Position numbers and translations under genes: made by a program | Notes under the pieces: model-generated | Database searches by the model: none | Told to the model about the DNA's origin: nothing | The model's input: only the letters and a program-made list of their open reading frames with translations | In this document: piece after piece, positions 38,853-50,379 of the stretch | Numbering within the stretch: position 1 is the stretch's first letter | Layout: each line of letters begins with the position of its first letter | Assembly (NCBI RefSeq): GCF_044704955.1 | Contig: NC_091991.1 | Location: 18,290,001 to 18,354,000, forward strand | Origin: Pristiophorus japonicus | Lineage: Eukaryota | DNA length: 64,000 nt | Reading direction: 5' to 3'

Positions 38853-41632
38853 GCTGTGATGTCCATGGGATCCAGGGTAAAGTGGCAAGTTGGATCCAAA
38901 ATTGGCTTGGAGGTAGGAAGCAAAGAGTAATGATTGATGATGTTTTTGTGACTGGAAGAATGTTTTTCAGTGAGGTTGTGCAGAGCTCAGTACTGGGTCC
39001 CTTGCTTTTTGTGGTATATAGCAACAATTTAGATTTGAATATAGGAAGTATGATTAAAAAGTTTGCAGACGACATTAAAATTGGCTGTGTGGTTGATAAT
39101 AAAGAGGAAAGTCATGAGCTGCAGGAGGATATCAATCGACTGGTCAGGTGGGCAGAGCAGTGGCAAATGGAATTTAATTCAGAGAAGTGTGAGGTGATGC
39201 ACTTTGGGAGGGCTAATAAGGAAAGGGTATACACATTAAGCAGTAGGCCACTTAATAGTGTTGATGAACAAAGGGACCTTGGAGTGCTTGTCCACAGATC
39301 CCTGAAAGTAGCAGGCCAGGTGGATAAGGTGGTTAAGAAGGCATACGGAATGCTTGCCTTTATTGGCCGAGGCATAGAATATAAGAGCAGGGAAGTTATG
39401 CTTAAATTGTATAATACTTTGGTTAGGTCACAGCTGGATTACTGCGTGCAGTTCTGGTCGCCATATTATAGGAAGGACGTGATTGCACTAGAGAGAGTGC
39501 AGTAGCAGGACATTTGGAAAAGCAAAATTCGGTCAGGCAGAGTCAGCATGGATTTATAAAGGGAAAGTCATGTTTGACAAATTTTCTAGAATTCTTTGAG
39601 GATGTAATGAACAGGGTGGATAAAGGGGAACCAGTGGATGTGGTGTATTTGGACTTCCAGAAGGCACTTGACAACGTGCCACATAAAAGATTACTGCACA
39701 AGATAAAAGTTCACAGGGTTGGGGGTAACATAAGTAGCATGGATAGAGGATTGGCTGACGAACAGAAAACGGAGAGAGTAGGGATAAATGGTTCATTCTC
39801 GTGTTGGCAATCAGTAACCAGTGGGGTGCCGCAGGGATCAGTGCTGGGACCCCAACTATTTACAATCTATATTAACGACTTGGAGGAAGGGACTGAGTGT
39901 AACGTAGCCAAGTTTGCTGATGATACAAAGATGGGAGGAAAAGCAATGTGTGAGGAGAACACAAAAAATCTGCAAAAGGACATAGACAGGCTAAGTGAGT
40001 GGGCAAAAATTTGGCTTTTGGAGTATAATGTTGGAAAGTGTGAGGTCATGCACTTTGGCAGAAAAAAGAGTAAGTTATTATTTATATGGAGAAAGATTGC
40101 AAAGTGCTGCAGTACAGCGGGACCTGGGGGTACTTGTGCATGAAACACAAAAGGTTAGTATGCAGTTACAGCAAGTGATCAGGAAGGCCAATGGAATCTT
40201 AGCCTTTATTGCAAAGGGGATGGAGTATAAGAGCAGGGAAGTCTTGCTACAGTTGTACAGGGTATTGGTGAGGCCACACCTGGAATACTGCATGCAGTTT
40301 TGGTTTCCATATTTACGAAAGGATATACTTGCTTTGGAGGCAGTTCAGAGAAGGTTCACAAGGTTGATTCCAGAGATGAGGGTGTTGACTTATGAGGAAA
40401 GGTTGAGTAGGTTGGGCCTCTACTCATTGGAATTCAGAAGAATGATAGATGATCTTATCGAATCGGAAAAGATTATGAGAGGGCTTGACAACGTGGATGC
40501 AGAGAGGATGTTTCCACTGATGGGGGAGACTAAAGCTAGAGAGCATAATCTTAGAATAAGGGGCCGCCCATTTAAAACTGAGATGAGGAGAAATTTCTTC
40601 TCAGAGGGTTGTGGATCTGTGGAATTCGCTGCCTCAGGAGAGCTCTGGAAGCTGGGACATTGAATAAATTTAAGACAGAAATAGACAGTTTCTTAAACGA
40701 TAAGGGAATAAGGGGTTATAGAGAGTGGGCAGGGAAGTGGACCCGAGTCCTTGATCGGATCAGCCATTAAATGGCAGAGCAGGCTCGAGGGGCCGTATGG
40801 CCTACTCCTGCTCCTATTTCATATGTTCTTATGTTAGATTTACTAGGATGCTGCCTGGAATGGAGAATCTTAGTTATGAGGACAGATTGGATAGGCTGGG
40901 TTTGTTCTCATTGGAGCAGAGGAGGTTGAGAGGAGACCTCATTGAGGTGTACAAAATATTGAGGGGCCTGGACATAATGGATAGTAAGGGTCTATTTCCA
41001 TTGGTGGAGGGGTCTATAATGAGGGAGCATAGTTTTAAGGTAGTTGGTGGAATGTTTAGAGGGGATTTGAGGGGGGGCTTCTTTACGCAGAGGGTTGTGG
41101 GGATCTGGAACTCGCTGCCTGGAAGAGTGGTGGATGCAGAAACCCTCACCACTTTTAAGAGATGGTTGGACGGGCACTTAAAGTGCAGTAACCTGCAGGG
41201 TTACGGTCCTAGAGCTGGTAATTGGGATTAGACTGGATGACCTTTTGTTGAACAACACAGATATAATGGTAAGTACCGTAGGGAATCGAATAAGGCCAGG
41301 GTGATCTCCTGGACTAGTTTCGATCGCCTGGATGGGTCGGAGAGGAATTTTCCCGGATTTTTTCTCCCTAAATTGGCCTGAATTTTTATCTGGTTTTTGC
41401 CTCTCCCAGGAGATCACATGGCTTCGGTTGAGGTGGAGTGTAGAATGTTTCACTATAAGGGATGTCGCAGTTGTGTGAGGCGGACTGGTTGGGCTGGGTG
41501 CTCTTTGCAATTCATAGGTTTATATGTAACCTTTAGAGCTGCCATCCAAGGGCCGTGCGGCTCTTTGTCGGCCGGCGTGGTCACGATGGCCCGAAATGGC
41601 CTCCTTCTGCGCTGTAAATTTCTATGTTTCTA
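38853..41632 (+). mobile_element. CR1 LINE with long 3'UTR (pieces 38853-39504 and 40834-41632)
   Basis: HGIQGKVASWIQNWL..KFADDIK..IALERVQ breaks, then resumes as RFTRMLPGMENLSY. Ends in a ttctatgtttctatg tail. Confidence 0.88.
39505..40833 (+). mobile_element. Second CR1 nested within the first
   Basis: SQHGFIKGKSCLTN...[10 protein letters not shown]...KFADDTK...LVRPHLEYC, with its own tail at ~40830. Confidence 0.88.
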
Positions 41633-42019
41633 TGTCATTATCATTAAATCTGCTGATAATGGAGGTACAGTTATTGTATGGCAAAACAACCTTCGGACCA
41701 GCTTAAAGCCAACTGACTCCTCATCTTATTTTCCTCTGGATCATGATCCCACTATTGAATACCAAACTATCAATTCCCAGGCTGTTACTGATCTAATTTC
41801 TTTCAGCAATCTTGCCCGCACCCTCAATTGCCTCCAACTCTGCAAGATAGATTTCTTGCTCATCCCCAAAATGCACAAACAGTACACCAATTGTTTCAGT
41901 GTGCGTCTGTCCCACTAAACTAATTTTCTCTTATCTTGACTCCATTCTGCCGCCCAATCCCCCCCTGACTCCTATCCACCAATAACTCTTCCAATTCCTC
42001 GTACTCCATTATAATATAT

Positions 42020-42152
42020 CAAAAGCAAACTACTGCGGATGCTGGAATCTGAAATAAAAATAGAAAATGCTAGAAATCTCAGTGGGTCAGGCAGCATCTG
42101 TGGAGAGAAAAACAGAGTTAACGTTTCAGGTCGAAGACCCTTCCGCAGAACT
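42020..42152 (-). mobile_element. Penelope-type terminal repeat fragment with degenerate hammerhead-like core
   Basis: Same sequence as the left arm at 25506. The revcomp reads CTGCGGA-AGGGTC-TTC-GACCT-GAAAC. Confidence 0.65.
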
Positions 42153-42589
42153 CCATTGATGATTTCAGTTCTCCAACCGCAATCATTTCCTTTTCACCAT
42201 GGATGTACAGTCTCGGTATACTTCCTTCCCTCAATGAGAACACTCTTTAGGCTTTCCACTTCATTCTTGAAAGGGGCCCCATTCATAACCACTTCCTCCT
42301 GAACATGTTCTCATCTTGAAAAACTCTTTTAATTCTACTCACTCCACCAGATAAAATTTGTTACTTTTGGAATTTGCATGGGTGCCAACTATGCTTGTCT
42401 TTTTATGGGACATGTGGAACACTCTGTTCCATCTGATTTATATCTGCACCCTGAAATATTCCTCCATTGCATTGACCTGAAGAGCCTGCCTGTTTCAGAC
42501 AGTAGGCACATTTCAATAGGCAAATTGGGTCCTAGGAACCCATATTACCATTTTGGTTGGAAATGGTCGGAGAGTGCGGTGTGTACGTT

Positions 42590-42985
42590 ACGAGACTTGA
42601 GCACAAAATCTAAGATGACACTCCAGTGCAGTACTGATGGAGTGCTGTGCTGTTGGAGGTGCCGTTTTTCTGATGGGACATTAAACTGAAGCCTCGCCTA
42701 CGCTCTCAGGTGGATGTAATATATCCCATGGCATCATTTCAAAGAAGAGCAGAGGAGTTATCCCTGGTGTCCTGGCCAATATTTATACCTCAATTAACAT
42801 CACTTAAAAGAAAAAGCAGATTATTTAGTCATTATCACATTGCTGTTAGCTTGCTGTGTGCAGATTGGCTGCCACGTTTCCTATATTATAACAGTGACTA
42901 CACTTCAGAAGTACTTAATTGGCTGTAAAACACTTTGGGACATCCTGACATTGTGAAAGGCGCTATTAAATGCAAGTTTTTCTTT
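42590..42985 (+). mobile_element. DeuSINE (SacSINE1-like), 5' truncated
   Basis: Deu-core-like ggtggatgtaa..atcccatggc..gaagagcag..gtgtcctggccaatatttat, plus an L2-type tail gtgaaaggcgctattaaatgcaag. Confidence 0.75.
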
Positions 42986-43444
42986 TTCTTCCAATTCCCA
43001 CCTATCCCTGTTCTCCATCTTTGACTCTTACCTTCCATTTCCCTGTTCAGCAAAGATTTTTCAATATTGGTCCAATTTACAACAGGATTATTTGAAATGG
43101 GCACAAAACTAACTCAAATGGAAGTGTGCTGTTTGCACCAAGTATTCCATGGTCAGCACATGCAGGTACAAATTCAGACTTGTGAAGAAAGTGGAAACTT
43201 GTGGAGACAACTAAAGAGAAGTATCAAAATAACAGAACAAATTTCTTGCAGTTTAGGAAAAATTCAGGGAGCATTTCAACCCATTGCAGTCTTTTCCAAG
43301 GCTGATGTGATGGTGACTAAGAAAGAAAGGTCAAATATGAAAGGCACTGAAACCCAAGGTGCCAACATGAGTCTGCAGGAAAGACCGTGCAGCTCAGCTT
43401 TCCTGATTAAAAGCAGTTGAAGTCGAGGTGGTGTTGCATATGGT

Positions 43445-44327
43445 AGTCACGGGGAAGCTAAGAGGCTGCAGGGTGACTTGGACAGGTTAGGTGAGTGGGC
43501 AAATACATGGCAGATGCAGTATAATGTAGATAAATGTGAGGTTATCCACTTTGGTGATAAAAACAGGAAGGCAGAATATTATTTGAATGGTGATAGATTA
43601 GTAAAAGGGGAGGTGCAATGAGACCTGGGTGTCATGGTACATCAGTTATTGAAAGTTGGCATACAGGTACAGCAGGCAGTAAAGAAAGCAAATGGCATGC
43701 TGGCCTTCATAGCGAGAGAATTTGAGTATAGGAGCAGGGAGGTCTTACTACAGTTGTACAGGGCCTTGGTGAGGCCACACCTTGAATATTGTGTGCAGTT
43801 TTGATCTCCTAATCTGAGGAAGGACATTCTTGCTATTGAGGGAGTGCAGCGAAGGTTCACCAGACTAATTCCCGGGATGACAGGACTGACATATGAAGAA
43901 AGACTGGATCGACTAGGCTTATATTCAATGGAATTTAGAAGAATAAGAGGGGATCTCATAGAAACATATAACATTCTGATGGGATTGGACAGGTTAGATG
44001 TAGGAAGAATGTTCCCGATGTTGGATAAGTTCAGAACCAGGGGACACAGTCTAAGGATAAGGGGTAAGCCATTTAGGAGAAGAAACTTCTTCACTCAGTG
44101 TTGTGAACACGTGGAATTCTCTACCACGGAAAGTTGTTGAGGCCAGTCCGTTAGATATATTCCAAAGGGAGTTAGATGTGGCCCTTACGGCTGAAGGGAT
44201 CAAGGGGTATGGAGAGAAAGCAGGAATGGGGCGCTGAAGTGGATGATCAACCATGATCATATTGAACGGTGGTGCAGGCTCAAAGGGCCAAATGATCTAC
44301 TCCTGCACCTATTTTTTATGTTTCTGT
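43445..44327 (+). mobile_element. CR1 3' fragment (same subfamily as 13097-14190)
   Basis: Closely similar to the reverse complement of 13100-13980. Confidence 0.9.
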
Positions 44328-44665
44328 GTATCAATACGGCAAAATTAATATTAAAATGAAACTCTTGCCGGTTTAAAGTGAGCACTTCTTTTGGTCAAAA
44401 GAAATGGGATGGAGAAACAGAATTGTGCCTAATTTTCTGACAAGTCCATTCAACTTACAAGCAAAAATCAGCCAGAAACAAACAGAAAATCTAGATTTCC
44501 ATTTCTGACATTGGGCTTTCCACAGACCTCAATTACAAGCCTACTAACTCCCAAAGCTACCTGGATTATGCTTCTTCCCACACGGCTTCTTGTAAAAATC
44601 TATTTCTTTCTTCCATTTTCACGATCTCCATTGCATCTGCTCTGATGATTCAACTTCCCACACCA

Positions 44666-46428
44666 GGGCTGGGATTTCGGCAACAGAGGCGAGTTCGATG
44701 CGGGCAGCATTGATGCAGCATGGGAAACCCGCTCCTATGTCAGTCCGCTCTCTCCTTTCAATTTTCCGTAGCTGGGGCTTGTTAAGTCCGCCCTGTGGGT
44801 TTCCCGGCCAATTAACTGCAAGCCCGTCTGATGACATCATCTGATGATACATCATCAGCCAGTTTCCTTAAAGGGATATTCCCAACTTTTTTTTGACAGT
44901 TCTCACAGTCTTTTTCAGCATTGATCTACTTCAAACACTGCACAAAGATGCACAGCTGCACCCAGGCTCTCGCATGACTCCCTCTAGACGCTTATAGAGG
45001 GAGTCACAGCATGCAGAGAGGTTCTCTTTCATTCCAGTGGACTGAAGAGACCTCCCCAGGACACCAACGCAGCCTGGTTGCACATGAGGGCACAAGCAGG
45101 GATGTCGTCTAGAGGAGCTGGCTGCAGTGGCGCAAACCTTTCAATGATCTCAGTCGATCACAAAACGTTACTGCAAAGCCACACTCAACCTCATCCTGCT
45201 GTGCCACTCATCACATCCCCATCATTCTGCTTTCCCTACCCTACTCCTGCACATCCTTGCTCACACCAGCTTAACCTTGCACCTCCACCCATCTCTCTCT
45301 CTATCTACATTATCAGTTTCCTATTTCACTAGCCACCCCTCACACTTACCCTCATCCTTGTCCAATCATACCAACTAGTAACACCAAGGGTAGGCACTTG
45401 GGTCCTTTAACCAATGTTCATGTATCGTTAATGTTGATGTGTTGTCAAACATTGAAATTTTTATTTTCAGGACTTTTCATTCTTGGACAGATTTGTGAGC
45501 ACCTTTGGAATTGGCTTAGTGAGTTTTAATGAATGGCGAGACATAAGGGTACCCCTCAAAATGGCCATGAGTGTGAAAGGAATGGGTTGGACATTGCAGG
45601 GATGCTTTATGGAGCTGGTGTCGGGTGGTGCCAATCTGGCACATCATGTGGGAGTCAAGGTGTACAGTGTGAAGTGAAGTAAATGTGGCCATGGTGTGGC
45701 CTCTCGGGCAGCAATGTGGTTGGGTTGCTGATACCCTCTGTACTGTGCAGCATCAGGTGATTGCGGAGAAGGTTGATGTTGTTGGTGGTGATGTTGGTGT
45801 GTTTAGTGATGTTGGTGTTGGGGCTGATCATGGTGGGATTCTGAGGACCAAGGTGAGAGTATTTGAAGGGCACCAATGCTGCTGGAATAAATGGCATGAC
45901 AGAAGCGATCTGTCAATGGTGAGAGAGGTTGTTCCAAGGAGGTGACAGGTGAATAGAGTGACAGTGAATAGAGAGTTCACTGCAAACACTTCCAAAGTGC
46001 AAACAACTCAAAAATCTCTTCCAAAACCTGAAGGCTTCAGCTTCTGACATTGGAAAATGAACAGCTGTGAAATGGTAGCTTTTATACCACTTCTGCAGAT
46101 GTCAACTAACCAAAGCAATAGAGAGTCACTGCGAACCCAACACACTCATCTGCCGTGAAACCCGAGGGACAGCAAACTCACCAAAAACTTGGTAAAATTG
46201 TAAGTGCCTGCTTTTACGCCTCTTAACTGGCATTTAAGTGCCTTTTAATGATTATTACCTGGCCTGCCGCTTGCTGTCATGTCTGCTATCTGAACGCACA
46301 TCTGACAGCTGAGAAACTCGTATGGAGGCGGGTTCAGAACGGGATCCCGTCCCGCTGTCGGTCAAAGCCATTTCAACAGTGGGCCCGCCTCCAAACCCGG
46401 GACTTGCAGAGCTGGGAGATTCCGGCCC
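44666..46428. mobile_element. Non-autonomous Harbinger element with Myb/SANT-like gene remnant
   Basis: Ends GGGCTGGGATTT / AGATTCCGGCCC. AAPRLSHDSL*TLIEGVTA..EVLF and QWRKPFNDL remnants (44955-45150). It splits the Penelope frame. Confidence 0.72.
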
Positions 46429-46886
46429 TGAGCTTCTGAAATGTGCTTTTTCTTCCACTGAGCTTCCCCTTGACAATGGTTGACTAGACCTTTGATTGTG
46501 CCCTTCCCATTTCCCATGCTTCTGTTCACCCCATCTTCTTCCTCTCATAATGGATAAATCCCCCCTTGCCCTCACTTAACAACCCAACCAGCCACTGTAT
46601 TCACTAGATCATCTTCCATCATCTGCAACATAATCACACCACCAAACATTATCATGGAGATCATTGCCTCCATGATAACCTTGTTTATTTTTCCACCACC
46701 CTAATTTCCATTTGTCTTCTGGCACTTTCTTTCCCCTCTTCCCATACCACTGTCCAAGGGCTTAAACATTCTTTCTATATAATTTACAATTTATGTGTAG
46801 TTCCTGCAATGTAATATATTATATTTTCAATGCACAGTGTGATCTCCTTTACACTGGGAAGACCAAATACAGATGGTGAAAACCTT

Positions 46887-47521
46887 GGGCCGTAATTTGT
46901 GGCCATTTGAGGTGAGCCCGCACCCGTAGGGGCTGCGCAAGTTCCGGGTTTAGGAATGTGCCTAACTTCTCTTGAGAGATCACAAGAATGCCCAGTGAAT
47001 GCCTGTGGAATTCTTACACCTGGTAAAAGCAGGTGTAAGGCCTGATTTTACCAGTGTAAGAGTATAAAAAAACAGAAACATTTAATTTTATCAATAATTC
47101 ATACATTTAAAAATCTGTGAAATAAAGTTTATTTTTAGCCCCTTTAAAACATGTAAATTTGTTTTTCAAAACATTTTATTTTTGTTTTAAATATTTAATT
47201 AAATTCCATTCAAATTAATTTTAAATATGTGATTTTATTTTTATTTATTTGAAGTATTGAGGTATTTTTGGGATTCCCATTCATACTTATGGGGTTTCCG
47301 TAATATGAATGGGAATCCCCTTCTTTCATTCATTGGGCCAGCCCACGTGATCCCAGGAGCACTTGCGATCCGCGTGCACCCCTGAGATACGTGGGCCTCT
47401 ACCCGCAGGTACCCAGAGAGGTTCAGGACCATGAGTCTCCAGACCACCAGGTACATGGGCATTTTATTTGTGGATTGGAGGCATTTCCCTACAGGAAGCC
47501 TAAAACCACAAATTCAGGGCC
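46887..47521. mobile_element. Harbinger-like MITE
   Basis: TIRs GGGCCGTAATTTGTGG / CCACAAATTCAGGGCC and TSD CTT. Confidence 0.8.
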
Positions 47522-47635
47522 CTTGTATTTGCAAGTGTGACCTGATCTACCTGTGACTCACCACTTTTAACTACCCCACCAATTCACAATTTGATCTCTC
47601 TGTCTTAAAATGGGTGCACCTGAATTCCTACCCTA

Positions 47636-47945
47636 TCCAGCCATGGTAGAGAAAACACATTTGCAGTCAGTACCCCAGGATTAAGTTGGGAAATATTTCC
47701 TAAGATTCCTTCTTCTGATCACTATCCAATGATCCTTGCTGGAACTGAGTGCGCAGAGATATCAGATGAGCTCAAGGTTCAGCTCAGTTGTCGTACCCCT
47801 ACAGTTCAATAACCTATCAACACTCACTGAGTCTCACACATAAATAATGGCAACTTCATCAACATATTAAATGATGTGCGATCAGCGCCCATAGAACTGT
47901 ATCCCACAGAGTCAATGACTTCAGAAGGAAAGGAGAGAAAATTTA
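47636..47945 (+). mobile_element. Old SINE-like repeat remnant
   Basis: Recalled similarity to an ancient shark SINE body ending in a purine-rich tail. Family not assignable. Confidence 0.35.
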
Positions 47946-48774
47946 TGAAAATGGGGGGAAAAGTAGCTTGCATAAGGCCAGATATCAAAACGATGGAAAC
48001 ATTCCAAGATGGTGCAATAGAGTGTCATTGTTGTATCTCAAACATACTTGATGTGCCCCATGAGGCTGACTTTCAGAATATTCAGGAAAGGGAGGGAAAA
48101 AATAGCTGGCAAGAAATGTCTTTCCATGTCACTCAAATATGCCTTTTGGTTGTCTGCCAATTGACAGCATCTATGGATATGTCTTTGTATTGGCAACATT
48201 CTGTTTTCTCAGTAAATAGGGTGGAGATATAAGAAATTATGAAACAAATACAAAAATAAAGCTTCAAAGATAGAATCACAAACTTCAAAATAGTACACCA
48301 ATGGCTTTTTAAGTTCAAATGACTGATACTGATGTCAGAAAAAATATGGAAACTAAATCCTGAATACACATTCATTGCTTGGGGCTATACAGCGATGACT
48401 GACTAACCATAATGTCGTATGCTTCCTCAGTGCACTGCAATCAGAATGTGTCGTGTTTTTAGTGTCGTTGCATGAAATAAGGTGTGACATGATGGCCAGA
48501 CCTGTTATTCAACCAGTCATATCTGCAGGCCCTGGCACACCAAACTAATGACCAAAGAAAATTATCTTTGGAGGCTCTGTGTCATCAGAGAGCCAGATGC
48601 AAACCTGTGCCCTCTGCTAAAAGAACAACTATAGCTAGCATGCAGCTTTGGCAAATGGATTCAAAATATATAGAGCCTTTCCAAAGGCTTTTAGAACTTT
48701 TGTCACCTTAATATGTCAATCCCCTTTAATTGACCATCCCTTTAACTTTCACCTGCATGCCACTTTCCGCTCTC

Positions 48775-49642
48775 ATCATTGGTGTCAGCCTTGGCTCAGT
48801 GGTATCACTCTCACCTCTGAGTCAGAAGCTTGTGAGTTCAAGTTCCACTTCAGAGACTTGAGCACCAAATCCAGGCTGACACTCCTGTGCAGTACTGAGG
48901 GTGTCTGCACTGACGGAGCTGCCGTCTTTCAGATGAAATGTTAAACCAAGGCTCTCTTTGTCCTTTCAGGTGGATGTAAAAGATCCCATGGCATTATTTC
49001 AAAGATGAGCAGGGGAATTCTCCGTGATGCCTTGGCCAGTATTTATCCTTCAACCAACATCACTAAAACAGATTACCTGGTCATTACAAAAACAGCTTAC
49101 ATTTATATAGTGCCTTTAACATAGTAAAACGTTTCAAGGCGCTTCACAGAGCATTATCAGACAGAATTTGACACTGAGCCACGTGAGATATTAGGAAACA
49201 TGATAGTCAAGGAGTTAGGTTTTAATAGCATCTTAAAAGAGGAAAGACGTGGAGAGATGGAGAGGTTAGGGAGGGAATTCCAGAGCTTGGGGCCTGGGCA
49301 GCTGAAGGCACAATGGTGGAGCAATTAAAATCTGTTATGGAGGAGCGCAGAAATCTCAGAGGGTTGTAGGGCTGGAGGATACAGGGTTGGGAGGGGCAAG
49401 GCCATGGAGGGATTTGAAAGGATGCGAGTTTTAAAATCAAGGTATTGCCAGACCAGGAGCCAATGTAGGTCAGCGAGCACTGGAGTAATGGGTGAACGGT
49501 ACTTAGCTGTTTGTGTGGCCTTACTGTGCGCAAATGGGCTGCACTTTTCCTACATTACAACAGTGAATACTCTTCAAAAGAACTGTAAAGCGCTTTGGGA
49601 CATCCTGAGGTTGTGAACGGTGCTTTATAAATGCAAGTTCTT
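48775..49642 (+). mobile_element. DeuSINE (SacSINE1-like) containing an antisense L2 3' fragment (~49090-49500)
   Basis: tRNA-like head tggctcagtgg..gagttcaagttcc, Deu core as at 42700, and tail gtgaacggtgctttataaatgcaag. The insert begins cttacatttatatagtgcctttaac (L2 tail revcomp). Confidence 0.75.
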
Positions 49643-50379
49643 TCCTGTGCTCTTTGCATGTCAAAATTTGCCTAGCAACCTAGGATGACCAATTCACATG
49701 GAGTTATACATAATGGAGCTAATCGGAGGCATATATAAATAAACAGGATATCTTAAAAGTATCGTTCAAAATATTGATCATAAAGTCCTGGATTTCTGTT
49801 AATGCTTTAAGAACCAATGATGGAAATTAGTTCATAATATTAGTTTATGTTTAGAAGACCTTTCATGTTATGAACTATCCATGTGTTGAACTAGCCACGA
49901 CAGATGAAATATAACCCAGTCTTAGCCAAGTAATGTCCTGGATTAACATTATTGTGGATCAGAATTGTAACCATTAACTGCCCATTCATTTTCATAATAA
50001 CTTCCTTGGTCCAAAGTGTCATTCCAATCTGATTAATGCAGTCAAATTTATTTAAGTTTCTGGCTCAGGAGCATTTACTGTTGACTATAAATTACAAATG
50101 CCCATAGCTGTTTTCATAATGTCTTTGGTTTGTATACTGAAAGAATCAATTTGGCTTGTTTGGATGGAACTGGTTTAGTACAACATACAACATTGAAATA
50201 AAGCAAATTCATTTCTGCTTTGTACTGAATATGATTATTTGAATCATATTCAGTGCAGAAGAGGAAATAAGTTGAATATCTATGTTCTGTAAAAATGATA
50301 TTACCATAATCTTTTGGAGAGTCAAGTTTGAGAAAAGTCATAATAGTTGAGACAAACCTTTAGATCAACAAAATAGTTG

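Larger units (their letters stand above)
38200..47610 (+). mobile_element. Penelope-like retroelement fragmented by nested insertions
   Basis: Collinear remnants: QLKFHP (~38245), VFTIFSDLPFSDPELSVLS (38562), IIKSADNGGTVIVW (41640), MGANYACLFMGHVEHS (42378), YKPTNSQSYLDYASSH (44533), CSDDS..|ASEM (44640/46432), GIY-YIG-like CSSCNVIYYI..CDLLYTGKT (~46795-46865) and VTHHFN (~47553). Confidence 0.75.

Noticed and set aside
43067-43420. 117-aa ORF as a hidden exon or gene
   Set aside because: No recognisable domain, LRRIQ1 exons 37274 and 52618 already join in phase and match the known protein, and the ORF sits among nested TE fragments.
45685-45945. Val/Gly-rich ORF
   Set aside because: Low-complexity (GTTGGT)n sequence inside a Harbinger derivative, with no independent gene evidence.
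48775-48860. tRNA gene
   Set aside because: The A/B-box-like sequence is the head of a SINE and runs into the Deu core. There is no cloverleaf.
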